A stretch of DNA of 64,000 nucleotides from NCBI GenBank assembly GCA_018623495.1, contig JAAZVP010000005.1:1218-65217 (forward strand), read 5' to 3'. Each line of letters opens with the position of its first letter. Within the stretch, counting starts at the first letter, position 1. Below are positions 1-12,159 of this stretch, one piece after another. Below the pieces are notes generated by a model. The model saw nothing but the letters and a program-made list of their open reading frames with translations. It searched no databases and was not told the DNA's origin. The stretch comes from Halothiobacillus sp. (lineage in GTDB: Bacteria; Pseudomonadota; Gammaproteobacteria; JAAZVP01). The position numbers and the translations under genes are program-made.

Positions 1-469
1 CCACCGGCTGCATCGCCGGTCCCAACCGCGCCATCAGGGTGGAGACCAGAAAGAAGCGCGCCCCCCGGCCCACCACCGCCGCCACGGTGAACGGCAGGAG
101 CGGCATCGCCAGCGCCCCGGCCGAGAGCGTGAACACCTTGAAGGGAATGGGCGAGAACCCGGCGAGGAAGACCGCCCAGAACCCCCAGCGCGCGAACCAG
201 TCGCGGGCATGCTCGTAGTGGCCAAGATAGCCGGCCCGCTCGATCAGCGGCAAGACCGCGTCCAGGGCCAGCAGACCGATGAAATAACCCACCAGGCCGC
301 CGACCACCGACGCCAGGGTGGTGATCAGCGCCAGCTGCAGGTGGCGCTCGGGACGGGCCACGGACATGGGGGCGAGCATCACGTCCGGCGGCACCGGGAA
401 AAAGGAGGACTCGGCGAAGCTCAGCCCGCCCAGGTACCACGGCGCCCGCGGGTGGGCGGAGAGACGCAT
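1..469 (-). CDS. DedA/YqaA-family inner-membrane protein (5' end inside window, 3' end runs off window start)
   Basis: Minus-strand translation from ATG at 469 gives MRLSAHPRAPWYLGGLSFAESSFFPVPPDVMLAPM...; a hydrophobic DedA/SNARE-associated pattern. It is not in the ORF track because it runs off the edge. Confidence 0.55.
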   Translation of the reverse strand, partial: MRLSAHPRAPWYLGGLSFAESSFFPVPPDVMLAPMSVARPERHLQLALITTLASVVGGLVGYFIGLLALDAVLPLIERAGYLGHYEHARDWFARWGFWAVFLAGFSPIPFKVFTLSAGALAMPLLPFTVAAVVGRGARFFLVSTLMARLGPAMQPV

Positions 470-498
470 GACCCAGTCGTAGAGGGCACCGAAGGGCC

Positions 499-1176
499 TC
501 ACGCGGACACCCCGTCGAGCATCGGCACGAAGCTCACCCGCTCGAGCACCTCCCGGCGAAAGCCGTCGCCCTCGCGCCAGATCCGCACCAGGTCCTGCTC
601 GCTCCGGCGCGCGCCCACGGGAATCACCATGCAGCCGCCGTCGGCCAGCTGGGCCAGCAGCGACTCGGGGACGCTGTCCGGGGCGGCGGTGACCAGGATG
701 CCGTCGAAGGGCCCCCGGTCGGACCAGCCGCGGTAGCCGTCGGCACACTTGAGCTGGACGTTGTAGAGCCGCAACAGGCGGATGCGCTCGCGGGCTCGGT
801 TGGCCAGTGCCCGCAGGCGCTCGACGGTGAACACCTGCTCCACCAGCCCGCCGAGCACCGCGGCCTGGTAGCCCGAGCCGGTGCCCACCTCGAGCACCCG
901 CCGGCAACCGCCCTCCAGCAGCGCCTCGGTCATCCGGGCCACCGCGTAGGGCCGCGAGAGGGTCTGGCCGTGACCGATGGGCAGGGCCGTGTCCTCGTAG
1001 GCGCGGCTGGCCAGTGCCTCGTCGAGGAACACGTGGCGCGGTGTCTGGCGCATGCGTTCGAGCACGCGGGGATCGCGCACGCCGGCATCGGCCAGGCGCT
1101 CGGCCAGCCGGTCACGGGTGCGCTGGGAGGTCATCCCCACGCCCCGTAGGCGTCGCTCCAGATCAGCCGACATCAC
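499..1176 (-). CDS. pcm: protein-L-isoaspartate O-methyltransferase
   Basis: 225-aa ORF with the SAM-binding motif [15 protein letters not shown]. It forms the conserved surE-pcm pair. Confidence 0.9.
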   Translation of the reverse strand: MMSADLERRLRGVGMTSQRTRDRLAERLADAGVRDPRVLERMRQTPRHVFLDEALASRAYEDTALPIGHGQTLSRPYAVARMTEALLEGGCRRVLEVGTGSGYQAAVLGGLVEQVFTVERLRALANRARERIRLLRLYNVQLKCADGYRGWSDRGPFDGILVTAAPDSVPESLLAQLADGGCMVIPVGARRSEQDLVRIWREGDGFRREVLERVSFVPMLDGVSA

Positions 1177-1912
1177 CGAGCCATGCCTCCGTGGATTCCA
1201 GGACCCCGTGGCGGGTCAGGTCGAGGTTGATGGGGGTCACCGAGACCCAGCCACTCGCCACGGCGTGGAAGTCGGTGCCCTCGCCGGCGTCCTCCTCGGC
1301 GCCGGCCTGGCCGATCCAGTAGATCGGGTGGCCGCGGGGATCGGTCTCGCGGATCACCTTCTCCGAGGGATGGCGACGCCCCATGCGGGTGGCGCGCATG
1401 CCCCGCACCTCCGACCAGGGGATGTCGGGGATGTTGACGTTGAGCAGGGTGTTGCCGGGCAGGTTGTGATCCTCCAGGCGCCGAACCACGTGGGTGACCA
1501 CGCGGGCGGCCGTGTCCCAGTGGCGCGGCGCGAAGCTGGCCATGGAGAAGGCCACCGCCGGGTAGCCGAGATAGCGCCCCTCGGTGGCCGCGGCCACGGT
1601 GCCGGAATAGAGGATGTCGTCACCGAGGTTGGCGCCGATGTTGATCCCGGAGAGCACCACGTCGGCCCGCTGCGCGGTCAGGCCGGTGAGGCCGAGGTGG
1701 ACGCAGTCGGTGGGCGTGCCGTCCACCGCGTAGACCCCCGGCTCGGCCTCGCGGGCCCGCAGCGGCCGGGTGAGGGTGAGCGAGTTGCTCGCGCCGCTGC
1801 GCTCGCGGTCCGGTGCGACCACCATCACCTCGGCCAGCTCCCGGGCGGCGTCCGCCAGGCAGGCCAGGCCGGGGGAGAGGTAACCGTCGTCGTTGCTGAC
1901 CAGAATCTTCAT
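1163..1912 (-). CDS. surE: 5'/3'-nucleotidase SurE
   Basis: 249 aa starting [11 protein letters not shown], the characteristic SurE N-terminus. It overlaps pcm by 14 nt. Confidence 0.9.
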   Translation of the reverse strand: MKILVSNDDGYLSPGLACLADAARELAEVMVVAPDRERSGASNSLTLTRPLRAREAEPGVYAVDGTPTDCVHLGLTGLTAQRADVVLSGINIGANLGDDILYSGTVAAATEGRYLGYPAVAFSMASFAPRHWDTAARVVTHVVRRLEDHNLPGNTLLNVNIPDIPWSEVRGMRATRMGRRHPSEKVIRETDPRGHPIYWIGQAGAEEDAGEGTDFHAVASGWVSVTPINLDLTRHGVLESTEAWLGDVG

Positions 1913-1977
1913 CTCTGCTGGAACTTTGCGAAACCGATCCCCTACTATACCGGGAGACCGCGAGGATATCGCCCGCC

Positions 1978-2514
1978 ATGAATGCCGACGAGCCCGACAC
2001 CGACAGCGACCTGTTCCGCGACGCCATCGGCGAGGTTCGCCCGCTGGCCCGCGAGCGCCACTACACCCCGCCGCCGAAACCCTCCGCGCGCCCGCGCATG
2101 CGCGAGCAGGACGAGGCCGAGGCCGTGCGCGACATGCTCAGCGACGACTTCGATCCCGGCACGGTGGACTACGGCGACTACCTCTTCCACGCCCTCCCGG
2201 GCGTGAAGAAGAGCCTGCTGCGCCAGCTGCGCCGCGGCAACCTGCCCATCGACGGCGACCTGGACCTCCACGGGATGATCCGGCGCGAGGCCCGCCAGGC
2301 CGTCAGCGAGTTCCTGCGCGAGGCCCGCGACCACCGGGCCCGCTGCGTCAAGATCATCCACGGCAAGGGCAACCGCTCGGCCGGCCAGGGGCCGGTGCTC
2401 AAGAACATGGTCAACCGCTGGCTGGTCCAGCGCGACGACGTCCTCGCCTTCTGCTCGGCCACGCCCGACGACGGCGACATCGGCGCCGTCTACGTGCTGC
2501 TCCGGCGGGGCTGA
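1978..2514 (+). CDS. Smr-domain protein (SmrA/YfcN-like DNA endonuclease)
   Basis: The C-terminal [22 protein letters not shown]...KIIHGKG motif is typical of the Smr/MutS2 C-terminal domain. Confidence 0.8.
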   Translation: MNADEPDTDSDLFRDAIGEVRPLARERHYTPPPKPSARPRMREQDEAEAVRDMLSDDFDPGTVDYGDYLFHALPGVKKSLLRQLRRGNLPIDGDLDLHGMIRREARQAVSEFLREARDHRARCVKIIHGKGNRSAGQGPVLKNMVNRWLVQRDDVLAFCSATPDDGDIGAVYVLLRRG

Positions 2515-2623
2515 TCACCGACCCCGGCGGCCCAGCACCCTGGGGCGCAGGGTGCGGGCGGGCGGTCATGGCCGCCGGGGCACCCCGTGAAGGGCATGCC
2601 GGCCAGGGCGCGGGGTGAGGCCC

Positions 2624-3119
2624 CTACCGCTGCCGCGACTGCGCCTCGAAGGGGAACCGGGCCACCCACATCCGCTCGGTACCGGAGAGCGTGACCGTGG
2701 CGACCCAGTCGGTGCGGCCCGTGGTGCACACGGGGATCACCGCCTGGCCGGCAAACCCTCCGCCGGCGGCCGGCTCCACGCGAAAGCGGTTGATCCCCAT
2801 GTCCATGCCGGTCATCTCGAACTCCACCATCGCCCGCTGGGCCTCGATCCCGCTGCCCGGTGCCGGGCGAATGCGGACCTCGAAGGGCTCCAGCGGCCGG
2901 ACGCCCTCGGAGAACCGCAGCGTGAAGCCGCCGTCCTCGCCGGTGGCCGGACAGGCCCGGCCCAGCGGCTCGCAGCCGGATTCGGCCCGGAGCTCGACCA
3001 CCTCACCGGAGAACGGCTCGTCCGGCTGGCCCAGCAACGCCGGGTTGCGGCTGGCCAGGTAGCCCACCAGGGCGACGGCGAAAAACACCAGTATCATCCA
3101 CCGCGCTTGCTGCATGTTC
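2624..3119 (-). CDS. hypothetical membrane-anchored periplasmic protein
   Basis: Likely start MNMQQARWMILVFFAVALVGYLA (signal anchor), then a Met-rich segment FEMTGMDMG, ~165 aa. The longer track ORF 2624..3637 has a low-complexity N-terminal extension in a different compositional regime. Function unknown; possibly a FixH/Cu-binding-like fold, not verifiable here. Confidence 0.45.
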
Positions 3120-3122
3120 ATG

Positions 3123-4070
3123 TCAGTCCTCCCAGAACCCGCGAATGGCGGCCACGCCCTGCCCGCCCGCGGCCACGGCGGTGTCGACATCAGCGCCGCC
3201 GAGACCGCCGAGGGCATAGACGGGCATGGCGGCCGCCTCGGCCAGGGCCGCGAATCCGTCCCAGCCCAGCGGCCTGGCACCGGGGTGGCTGGCGGTGGGC
3301 GCCACCGGCGAGACCAGGGCGAAATCCACCCCCAGCCGGGCAGCGCGTTCCAGCTCGCCGCGGTCGTGGCAGGCGGCCGAGACCCAGGCCAGGCCCTCGG
3401 GACGGGTCTCCCGGGCGGCCAGCCGGGCGCCGTCGAGATGCACGCCGTCGAAACCCAGTCGCCGCGCCGTGTCCGGGTCGCCGTTGAACAGGATGCGGCC
3501 CCCGGCCGCCTGCACGCGGGGGACGGCGATGCCCGCCGCCCACTCCGCGTCGATGCCCCGCGCCAGGCGCAGCTGGACCAGGCGGATGCCGTTGCCCAGG
3601 GCGCGCTCGATGCCGGCCGCCAGGCGCTCGCCGTCACCGTCGAAGTCGCCGGTGACCAGCAGCCGATCGGGCAGCGCGAGCGCGGCGAGGATCGGCCGGT
3701 TGGCCGCCGGCATCGAAAGCTCGCCCAGGGCGTCGCCGGCCACCCAGTCCAGCGGCTGCCCCTCGCGCCCGGTGGCCCGCCCGGTGAAGCCGTCGACCCG
3801 GTAGCAGTGGAGGATCACCCTGCGCTCGGGATAGCCATGGGACACGCGGATGAGGGGCGCGAGGGCACGGGCCTCCAGGCCCACCTCCTCGCGCAGCTCG
3901 CGCACCAGCGCCTCGCGGACCCCCTCGCCCGGTTCCACCTTGCCGCCGGGGAATTCCCAGCGACCGCCCTGGTGGGCCCGGTCGGGACGCCGGGCCACCA
4001 GCACCCGGCCCGCGCCGTCGCGGACCACCGCGACGGCGACGTGGATGGTCTCAGGTGCGGTATTCCGCAT
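3123..4070 (-). CDS. mutT: bifunctional Nudix hydrolase (MutT-like 8-oxo-dGTPase) / thiamine-phosphate synthase-like protein
   Basis: Start MRNTAPETIHVAVAVV opens a Nudix box (GGKVEPGEGVREALVRELREEVG). The C-terminal half resembles a ThiE/TMP-synthase TIM barrel (LVQLRLARG...VYALGGL). The start at 4070 overlaps argJ by 20 nt. The track's MPPPP start was rejected. Confidence 0.75.
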   Translation of the reverse strand: MRNTAPETIHVAVAVVRDGAGRVLVARRPDRAHQGGRWEFPGGKVEPGEGVREALVRELREEVGLEARALAPLIRVSHGYPERRVILHCYRVDGFTGRATGREGQPLDWVAGDALGELSMPAANRPILAALALPDRLLVTGDFDGDGERLAAGIERALGNGIRLVQLRLARGIDAEWAAGIAVPRVQAAGGRILFNGDPDTARRLGFDGVHLDGARLAARETRPEGLAWVSAACHDRGELERAARLGVDFALVSPVAPTASHPGARPLGWDGFAALAEAAAMPVYALGGLGGADVDTAVAAGGQGVAAIRGFWED

Positions 4071-5268
4071 TGATGGTGACGTAGTCGTAGGAGAGATCGG
4101 TGGTCCAGACGGTGGCGGCGGCATCGCCCCGGCCGAGCCGGATGCCGATGGTGATCGCCTCGCGGTCCATGACCGCCTGGCCGCGGGCCTCGGTGTAGTC
4201 CGCGGCCGGCTCGCCGCCGGCGACGATGGTCACCTCGTCGAGGCGGATGTCGACGCCGGCGACGTCGAGCCCGTCCAGCCCGGCGCGGCCCACCGCGGCG
4301 AGGATCCGCCCCCAGTTGGGGTCGGAGGCGAACAGCGCGGTCTTGACCAGCGGCGAGTGGGCCACGGTGAAGGCCACCTGGCGGCACTCGGCCTCGTCAC
4401 GGCCATCCTGCACGTCCAGGGTGACGAACTTGGTCGCCCCCTCGCCGTCGCGGATGATCGCCTGGGCCAGCTCGGTCATCACCTCGGCGATCACGGCCTC
4501 GAGGGCCTCGGCCGCCGGTGTGTCGGCGGTGATGGGCTCGCCCCCGGCACGGCCGGTGGCCGCGAGCACGCAGGCGTCGTTGGTGGAGGTGTCGCCGTCC
4601 ACGGTGATGCTGTTGAAGGAGCGGTCGGTGGTCCGGCGCAGGAGCGCGTCCAGCAGGGCCGGGGCCACCGGCGCGTCGGTGGCGACGAAGCCCAGCATGG
4701 TGGCCATGTCCGGGCGGATCATCCCCGAGCCCTTGGCGATGCCGGTGACGGTGACGGTGCGACCGTCGATCTCCACCCGGCGCGAGGCCCCCTTGGGCAG
4801 GGTGTCGGTGGTCATGATGGCCCGCGCCGCGTCCAGCCAGCCGTCCTCGCCCATGGCCTGCGCGGCGGCCTCGATACCGGCGTCGAGCCGGTCCATGGGC
4901 AGGCGCTGCCCGATCACGCCGGTGGAGAACGGCAGGACCTCGGCCGCCGCCACTCCCAGGCGCCCGGCGACCCGTTCGCAACTGGTGCGGGCGTCCTCCA
5001 GGCCGCGCCGGCCGGTGCCGGCGTTGGCGTTGCCGGCGTTGATCACCAGCGCGCGCGGCGCACGCCCGTCCAGGTGCTCGCGGGCCACGGTCACGGGGGC
5101 GGCGCAGAAGGCGTTGCGGGTGAACACCGCGCTCACCGTCGTGCCGGGCTCCAGCGCCAGCAGGGCGACATCCTCCGCCCCGCCCTTCTTGAGCCCCCCG
5201 GCACCGGCGCCCAGGCGCACCCCGGGCACGGGCAGCAGCGGACCGGGGGCCTTCAGTCCGACGGCCAT
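4051..5268 (-). CDS. argJ: bifunctional glutamate N-acetyltransferase / amino-acid acetyltransferase ArgJ
   Basis: 405 aa with the ArgJ signature including the autocatalytic ATML site (DMATMLGFVATDA). Confidence 0.9.
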   Translation of the reverse strand: MAVGLKAPGPLLPVPGVRLGAGAGGLKKGGAEDVALLALEPGTTVSAVFTRNAFCAAPVTVAREHLDGRAPRALVINAGNANAGTGRRGLEDARTSCERVAGRLGVAAAEVLPFSTGVIGQRLPMDRLDAGIEAAAQAMGEDGWLDAARAIMTTDTLPKGASRRVEIDGRTVTVTGIAKGSGMIRPDMATMLGFVATDAPVAPALLDALLRRTTDRSFNSITVDGDTSTNDACVLAATGRAGGEPITADTPAAEALEAVIAEVMTELAQAIIRDGEGATKFVTLDVQDGRDEAECRQVAFTVAHSPLVKTALFASDPNWGRILAAVGRAGLDGLDVAGVDIRLDEVTIVAGGEPAADYTEARGQAVMDREAITIGIRLGRGDAAATVWTTDLSYDYVTINAEYRT

Positions 5269-5278
5269 CGCGCCCCCC

Positions 5279-8014
<2,736 letters not shown>

Positions 8015-8244
8015 CGGCGGACTGTCTTCTCTATCGGGCCTGGAAGGCGGGTTCGGGGTAGCCGGGCGGGCACATCCGTGGGCCTCCCGCGAACGGCCGC
8101 CAAAAAAGGCCCCATGGTAGAATATTCACCCGTCCATTGGTAGTTGACCGGCATGAACATTGTGTTTGCACCGGCGCCCGGCCCCGCCCGGGACCACCTG
8201 CGCCCGCGGGGCCTGCTGCCGGCCAGCCGGGCGGGGAACGGCAC

Positions 8245-8655
8245 GTGAGGGGCCTGGAGCGCTTCCTGGACTCGCGGCTGGTGCGCCGCGCACGCGAGCT
8301 CGACCGGCTGACCCGCCGCCTGCGCCGGCTGCTTCCCCCGGGGCTCGCCGAGCGGGTCGCGGTGAGCCACTACCGGGACGGCGTGCTCACCCTGAACGTG
8401 CCCGGTGCCGCCTGGGCCTCGCGGCTGCGCTTCATGGAAGGCGAGATCCGCGAGGACTTCGAGCAGCGACTCGGGCTGCCCGTCCGCCGCGTGCGGGTCC
8501 GGGTGTCGATCGCCCCGCCGGAGGCCGAACGGCGCCCGGGGCCGGCGCACATGAGTGCTGCCGGGCGGGCCAGCCTGGAGGCGGCCGCCGAGGGTGTCGA
8601 TGACGAGCGGCTGAAGGCGTCGCTGCGGCGCCTGGCGCGCCACGGGGGGAAATGA
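8245..8655 (+). CDS. dciA: DUF721 / DciA-like protein (putative replicative helicase loader)
   Basis: The small basic ORF between secA and lpxC is the conserved DUF721 position seen in Pseudomonas-like genomes. C-terminal VRRVRVRV motif. The frame is open from 8137; the GTG start at 8245 is my guess. Confidence 0.5.
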   Translation: MRGLERFLDSRLVRRARELDRLTRRLRRLLPPGLAERVAVSHYRDGVLTLNVPGAAWASRLRFMEGEIREDFEQRLGLPVRRVRVRVSIAPPEAERRPGPAHMSAAGRASLEAAAEGVDDERLKASLRRLARHGGK

Positions 8656-8664
8656 CCGGGCGCC

Positions 8665-9579
8665 TCAGGCGCCGGCCTGGACCGGCTGGATGTAGGAGAT
8701 GGGCAGCTCGTCGTTGGCCTCGAAGGTGACCTCCTCCCAGGCACTCTCGTCGGCCAGCAGGGTGCGCAGCAGCGCGTTGTTGAGCGCATGGCCGGACTTG
8801 TGACCCGAGAACGAGCCGATCAGGCTGTGGCCCAGCAGGTAGAGGTCGCCGATGGCGTCGAGGATCTTGTGCTTGACGAACTCGTCGTCGTAGCGCAGCC
8901 CCTCCTCGTTGAGCACATGGTAGTCCCCCACCACGATGGCGTTGTCCACGCTGCCGCCGAGGGCGAGGTTGTGCCGGCGCAGGTACTCCAGGTCACGCAT
9001 GAAGCCGAAGGTGCGCGCCCGGCTCACCTCCTTGACGAAGGAGGTGGTGGAGAAATCCATCTCCGAGCGCTGGCAGGAGGCATTGAGCACCGGGTGCTCG
9101 AAGTCGATCTCCATGGCCACGCGAAAGCCGTCGAAGGGCTCGAACTGCACCCACTTGTCGCCGTCCTCCACGCGCACCTTGCGCTTGATGCGGATAAAGC
9201 GCTTGGCCGCCGGCTGGTCCTGGATCCCCGCCGACTGCACGAGGAACACGAAGGGGCTCGAGCTGCCGTCCATGATGGGCATCTCGGGGCCGTCGATGTC
9301 GACGTGCAGATTGTCGATGCCCAGGCCCGCCAGCGCCGACATCAGGTGCTCCACCGTGGAGATGCTGACCCCGTCGCGGACCAGCGTGGTGGACAGCTGC
9401 GTCTCGCCGACGTTGGCCGGGTGGGCCTTGACCGTGACCGGCCGGTCGAGGTCGAGCCGGTGGAAGACGATGCCCGTGTTGGGATGCGCGGGCCGCAGGG
9501 TGAGCAGGACCTTCTCGCCGGTGTGCAGGCCGATGCCGGTCGCGCGGATGGGATTCTTGAGCGTGCGTTGACAAATCAA
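8665..9579 (-). CDS. lpxC: UDP-3-O-acyl-N-acetylglucosamine deacetylase
   Basis: 304 aa starting MIKQRTLK-like ([23 protein letters not shown]), the LpxC hallmark. Confidence 0.95.
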   Translation of the reverse strand: MICQRTLKNPIRATGIGLHTGEKVLLTLRPAHPNTGIVFHRLDLDRPVTVKAHPANVGETQLSTTLVRDGVSISTVEHLMSALAGLGIDNLHVDIDGPEMPIMDGSSSPFVFLVQSAGIQDQPAAKRFIRIKRKVRVEDGDKWVQFEPFDGFRVAMEIDFEHPVLNASCQRSEMDFSTTSFVKEVSRARTFGFMRDLEYLRRHNLALGGSVDNAIVVGDYHVLNEEGLRYDDEFVKHKILDAIGDLYLLGHSLIGSFSGHKSGHALNNALLRTLLADESAWEEVTFEANDELPISYIQPVQAGA

Positions 9580-9685
9580 GCGGCAGTCCTCGATGCGCCC
9601 TCAATCGATGATCGCGCATTATGACACAGCCGTGAAGCGGCAGGAACCATGGACACGCGAATGTCAAACACCCGCCCGGCCGGGC

Positions 9686-9726
9686 ACGAAAAAGCCGCCG
9701 GCGACGCGGGACGTCGGCACGGCGGC
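9686..9726 (-). terminator. rho-independent terminator downstream of htpG
   Basis: A GC-rich hairpin (gccgccg...cggcggc, with an inner gacg/cgtc stem) is followed on the minus strand by TTTTTCGT. Confidence 0.5.
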
Positions 9727-9751
9727 TTCGCGGGCCCGGGATGCGGCGGGA

Positions 9752-11650
9752 TCAGAGCGAGGCGACCAGCACCTCGTTCATCCGCTTGACGAAGCCCGCC
9801 GGGTCGTCGAGCTGGCCGCCCTCGGCGAGCACGGCCTGGTCGAGGACCAGGCGCGCGCGGCGCTCGAGTTCGTCGCCGTCCACCTGTTCCAGGCGGTGGA
9901 TCAGCGGATGCTGCAGGTTGACCTCCAGCACCGGCTTGCCGGCGGGCATCTCGTGGCCCGCCTCCTTGAGCATGCGCTGCATGTGCATGGGCAGGTCCTG
10001 CTCGCTCATCACCAGGCAGGCCGGCGAGTCCACCAGCCGGTCGGAGCGGCGCACGTCGGCGACCTGCTCGCCTAGGGCGGACTTGATCTTCTCCAGCACG
10101 TCGCTGGCCGCCTCCTGCCCGGATTCCTGCTCGTCGTCGGCCGTGTCCTCCTCGGTCTCGTCCAGGTCCAGGCCCTCGCGCGCCACGGATTGCAGGGGCT
10201 TGCCGTCGAACTCGGTGAGGTGGCTGACCACCCACTCGTCCACCCGGTCGGAGAGCAGCAGGACCTCGATGCCCTTCTTGCGAAAGATCTCCAGGTGCGG
10301 GCTGTTGGCGGCCGCGGAATGGCTGTCGGCGGTGATGTAGTAGATCTTTTTCTGCGACTCGGGCATGCGCTCGATGTAGTCGGCCAGGCTCACGTCCTGG
10401 GCATCGCCCTCGCCCCGGGTGGAGGCGAACCGCAGCAGGCCAGCGACCCGCTCGCGGTTGGCGGTGTCCTCGACCACGCCCTCCTTGAGCACCGGCCCGA
10501 ACTGCTTCCAGAACTCGGCGTACTGCTCGGGCGCGTCCTTGGCGAGCTTTTCCAGCATGCCCAGGGTGCGCTTGACCAGCGCGCCCTTGATCACGCGGGT
10601 GGCGCGGTTGCCCTGGAGGATCTCGCGGGAGACGTTGAGCGGCAGGTCGGCGGAGTCCACCACCCCGCGCACGAAGCGCAGGTAGCGCGGCAGCAGCTCC
10701 TCGGCGGCATCCATGATGAACACCCGCTTGACGTAGAGCTTGAGCCCGCGGATCCCCTCGCGGTCCCACAGGTCGAAGGGTGCCTGGCCGGGGATGAACA
10801 GCAGCGAGGTGTACTCGTAGTTACCCTCGACGTGGTTGTGGGCCCAGGTGAGCGGGTCGGCGAAATCGTGGGAGATGTGCTTGTAGAAGGCCTTGTAGTC
10901 GTCCTCGGAGAGCTCGCCCTGCGGCCGCGCCCAGAGGGCCGAGGCGCTGTTGACGCGCTCCCACTCGGGCTCGGCCTCGGCATCCTCGTCGTCGCGATCC
11001 GCGGGCTTTTCCATCATCACCGGGAAGGTGATGTGGTCGGAATAGCGGGTGATGATGTTGCGCAGGCGCCAGTGATCGAGGAACTCGTCCTCGCCCTCGC
11101 GCAGGTGCAGGGTGACCTCGGTGCCGCGGGCGGGCCGCTCGATGGTCTCCAGGGTGTACTCGCCGTCGCCGCCGGAGACCCAGCGCACGCCGTGCTCGGC
11201 GCCCAGCCCGGCCCGGCGGGTCTCGACGGTCACGCGGTCGGCGACGATGAAGGCCGAGTAGAAGCCCACGCCGAACTGGCCGATGAGGTGGGCGTCCTTG
11301 GCCTGGTCGCCGGTGAGCGAATCGAAGAACTTGCGGGTTCCCGACTTGGCGATGGTACCGATGTTGTCCACCACCTCCTGGCGGTTCATGCCCACGCCGT
11401 TGTCGCGCACGGTGACGGTGCGGGCGTCCTTGTCGAACGCCACCTCCACGCGCAGGTCGCTGTCCTGTTCGAACAGGGCGTCGTCGGCGAGCGCCTCGAA
11501 GCGCAGCTTGTCGCAGGCGTCCGAGGCGTTGGAGACCAGCTCGCGGAGAAAGATCTCCTTGTCGGAGTAGAGCGAGTTGATCATCAGGTCGAGCAGCTGC
11601 TTGACCTCGGCCTGGAATTCGCGGTGTTCGGTGTGGGCGTCGACCGTCAT
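9752..11650 (-). CDS. htpG: molecular chaperone HtpG (Hsp90)
   Basis: 632 aa with the GHKL ATPase N-terminus LYSDKEIFLRELVSNASDACDKLRF. Confidence 0.95.
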   Translation of the reverse strand: MTVDAHTEHREFQAEVKQLLDLMINSLYSDKEIFLRELVSNASDACDKLRFEALADDALFEQDSDLRVEVAFDKDARTVTVRDNGVGMNRQEVVDNIGTIAKSGTRKFFDSLTGDQAKDAHLIGQFGVGFYSAFIVADRVTVETRRAGLGAEHGVRWVSGGDGEYTLETIERPARGTEVTLHLREGEDEFLDHWRLRNIITRYSDHITFPVMMEKPADRDDEDAEAEPEWERVNSASALWARPQGELSEDDYKAFYKHISHDFADPLTWAHNHVEGNYEYTSLLFIPGQAPFDLWDREGIRGLKLYVKRVFIMDAAEELLPRYLRFVRGVVDSADLPLNVSREILQGNRATRVIKGALVKRTLGMLEKLAKDAPEQYAEFWKQFGPVLKEGVVEDTANRERVAGLLRFASTRGEGDAQDVSLADYIERMPESQKKIYYITADSHSAAANSPHLEIFRKKGIEVLLLSDRVDEWVVSHLTEFDGKPLQSVAREGLDLDETEEDTADDEQESGQEAASDVLEKIKSALGEQVADVRRSDRLVDSPACLVMSEQDLPMHMQRMLKEAGHEMPAGKPVLEVNLQHPLIHRLEQVDGDELERRARLVLDQAVLAEGGQLDDPAGFVKRMNEVLVASL

Positions 11651-12159
11651 TCTGCAATCCCCGTGTTCTGGTTGGTGACGCGGAGTGGATTGGGGCGCGC
11701 ACCGGGCTTTTCAAGGGCGAGCAGGAAAATCTTGCGTTCGAGCTCCACACCGGCCCGCGAGCCACCGAAGCCACCGGGGCCGTGGGCGGCCACCACGCGG
11801 TGGCAGGGCACCACCAGCGGCAGCGGATTGGCGCGGCAGGCATTGCCCACCGAGCGCGGCGAGCCGCCCACCGAGCGGGCCAGCCGGCCGTAGCTGCGGG
11901 TCTCGCCGGCGGGGATGGCCAGAAGGCCCCGCCAGACCCGGCGCTGGTAGTCGGTGCCGGCGAGGCGGTAGGCCACCGGGATCGGCCAGCGCCCGGTCTC
12001 CAGGTAGGCGGCCAGGGGTTCGGCGATGGCCGCCGGCGGTGCCGGCAGGCCGGCGGGGTCGCCTCCCAGGCGGATGCCCAGCAGCACCGGCCCCTCGTGG
12101 CGCAGCACCAGGCCGCCCAGCGGGCTGGCCATGCCGGCGAGCCCGGCCTCAGCCATCGC
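11647..12159 (-). CDS. ogt: methylated-DNA--protein-cysteine S-methyltransferase
   Basis: Contains the active-site PCHRVV motif and an HTH region. The start MAEAGLAG is at 12159. Upstream track residues are a low-complexity extension and were rejected. Confidence 0.8.
   Translation of the reverse strand, partial: AMAEAGLAGMASPLGGLVLRHEGPVLLGIRLGGDPAGLPAPPAAIAEPLAAYLETGRWPIPVAYRLAGTDYQRRVWRGLLAIPAGETRSYGRLARSVGGSPRSVGNACRANPLPLVVPCHRVVAAHGPGGFGGSRAGVELERKIFLLALEKPGARPNPLRVTNQNTGIAE

Noticed and set aside
2615-4073. Plus-strand ORFs 2615..3487, 3114..4073 and 3226..3804 overlapping the mutT-fusion and the small membrane protein
   Set aside because: Low-complexity Arg/Pro/Gly translations antisense to better-supported minus-strand genes. 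They are GC-rich frame artefacts.
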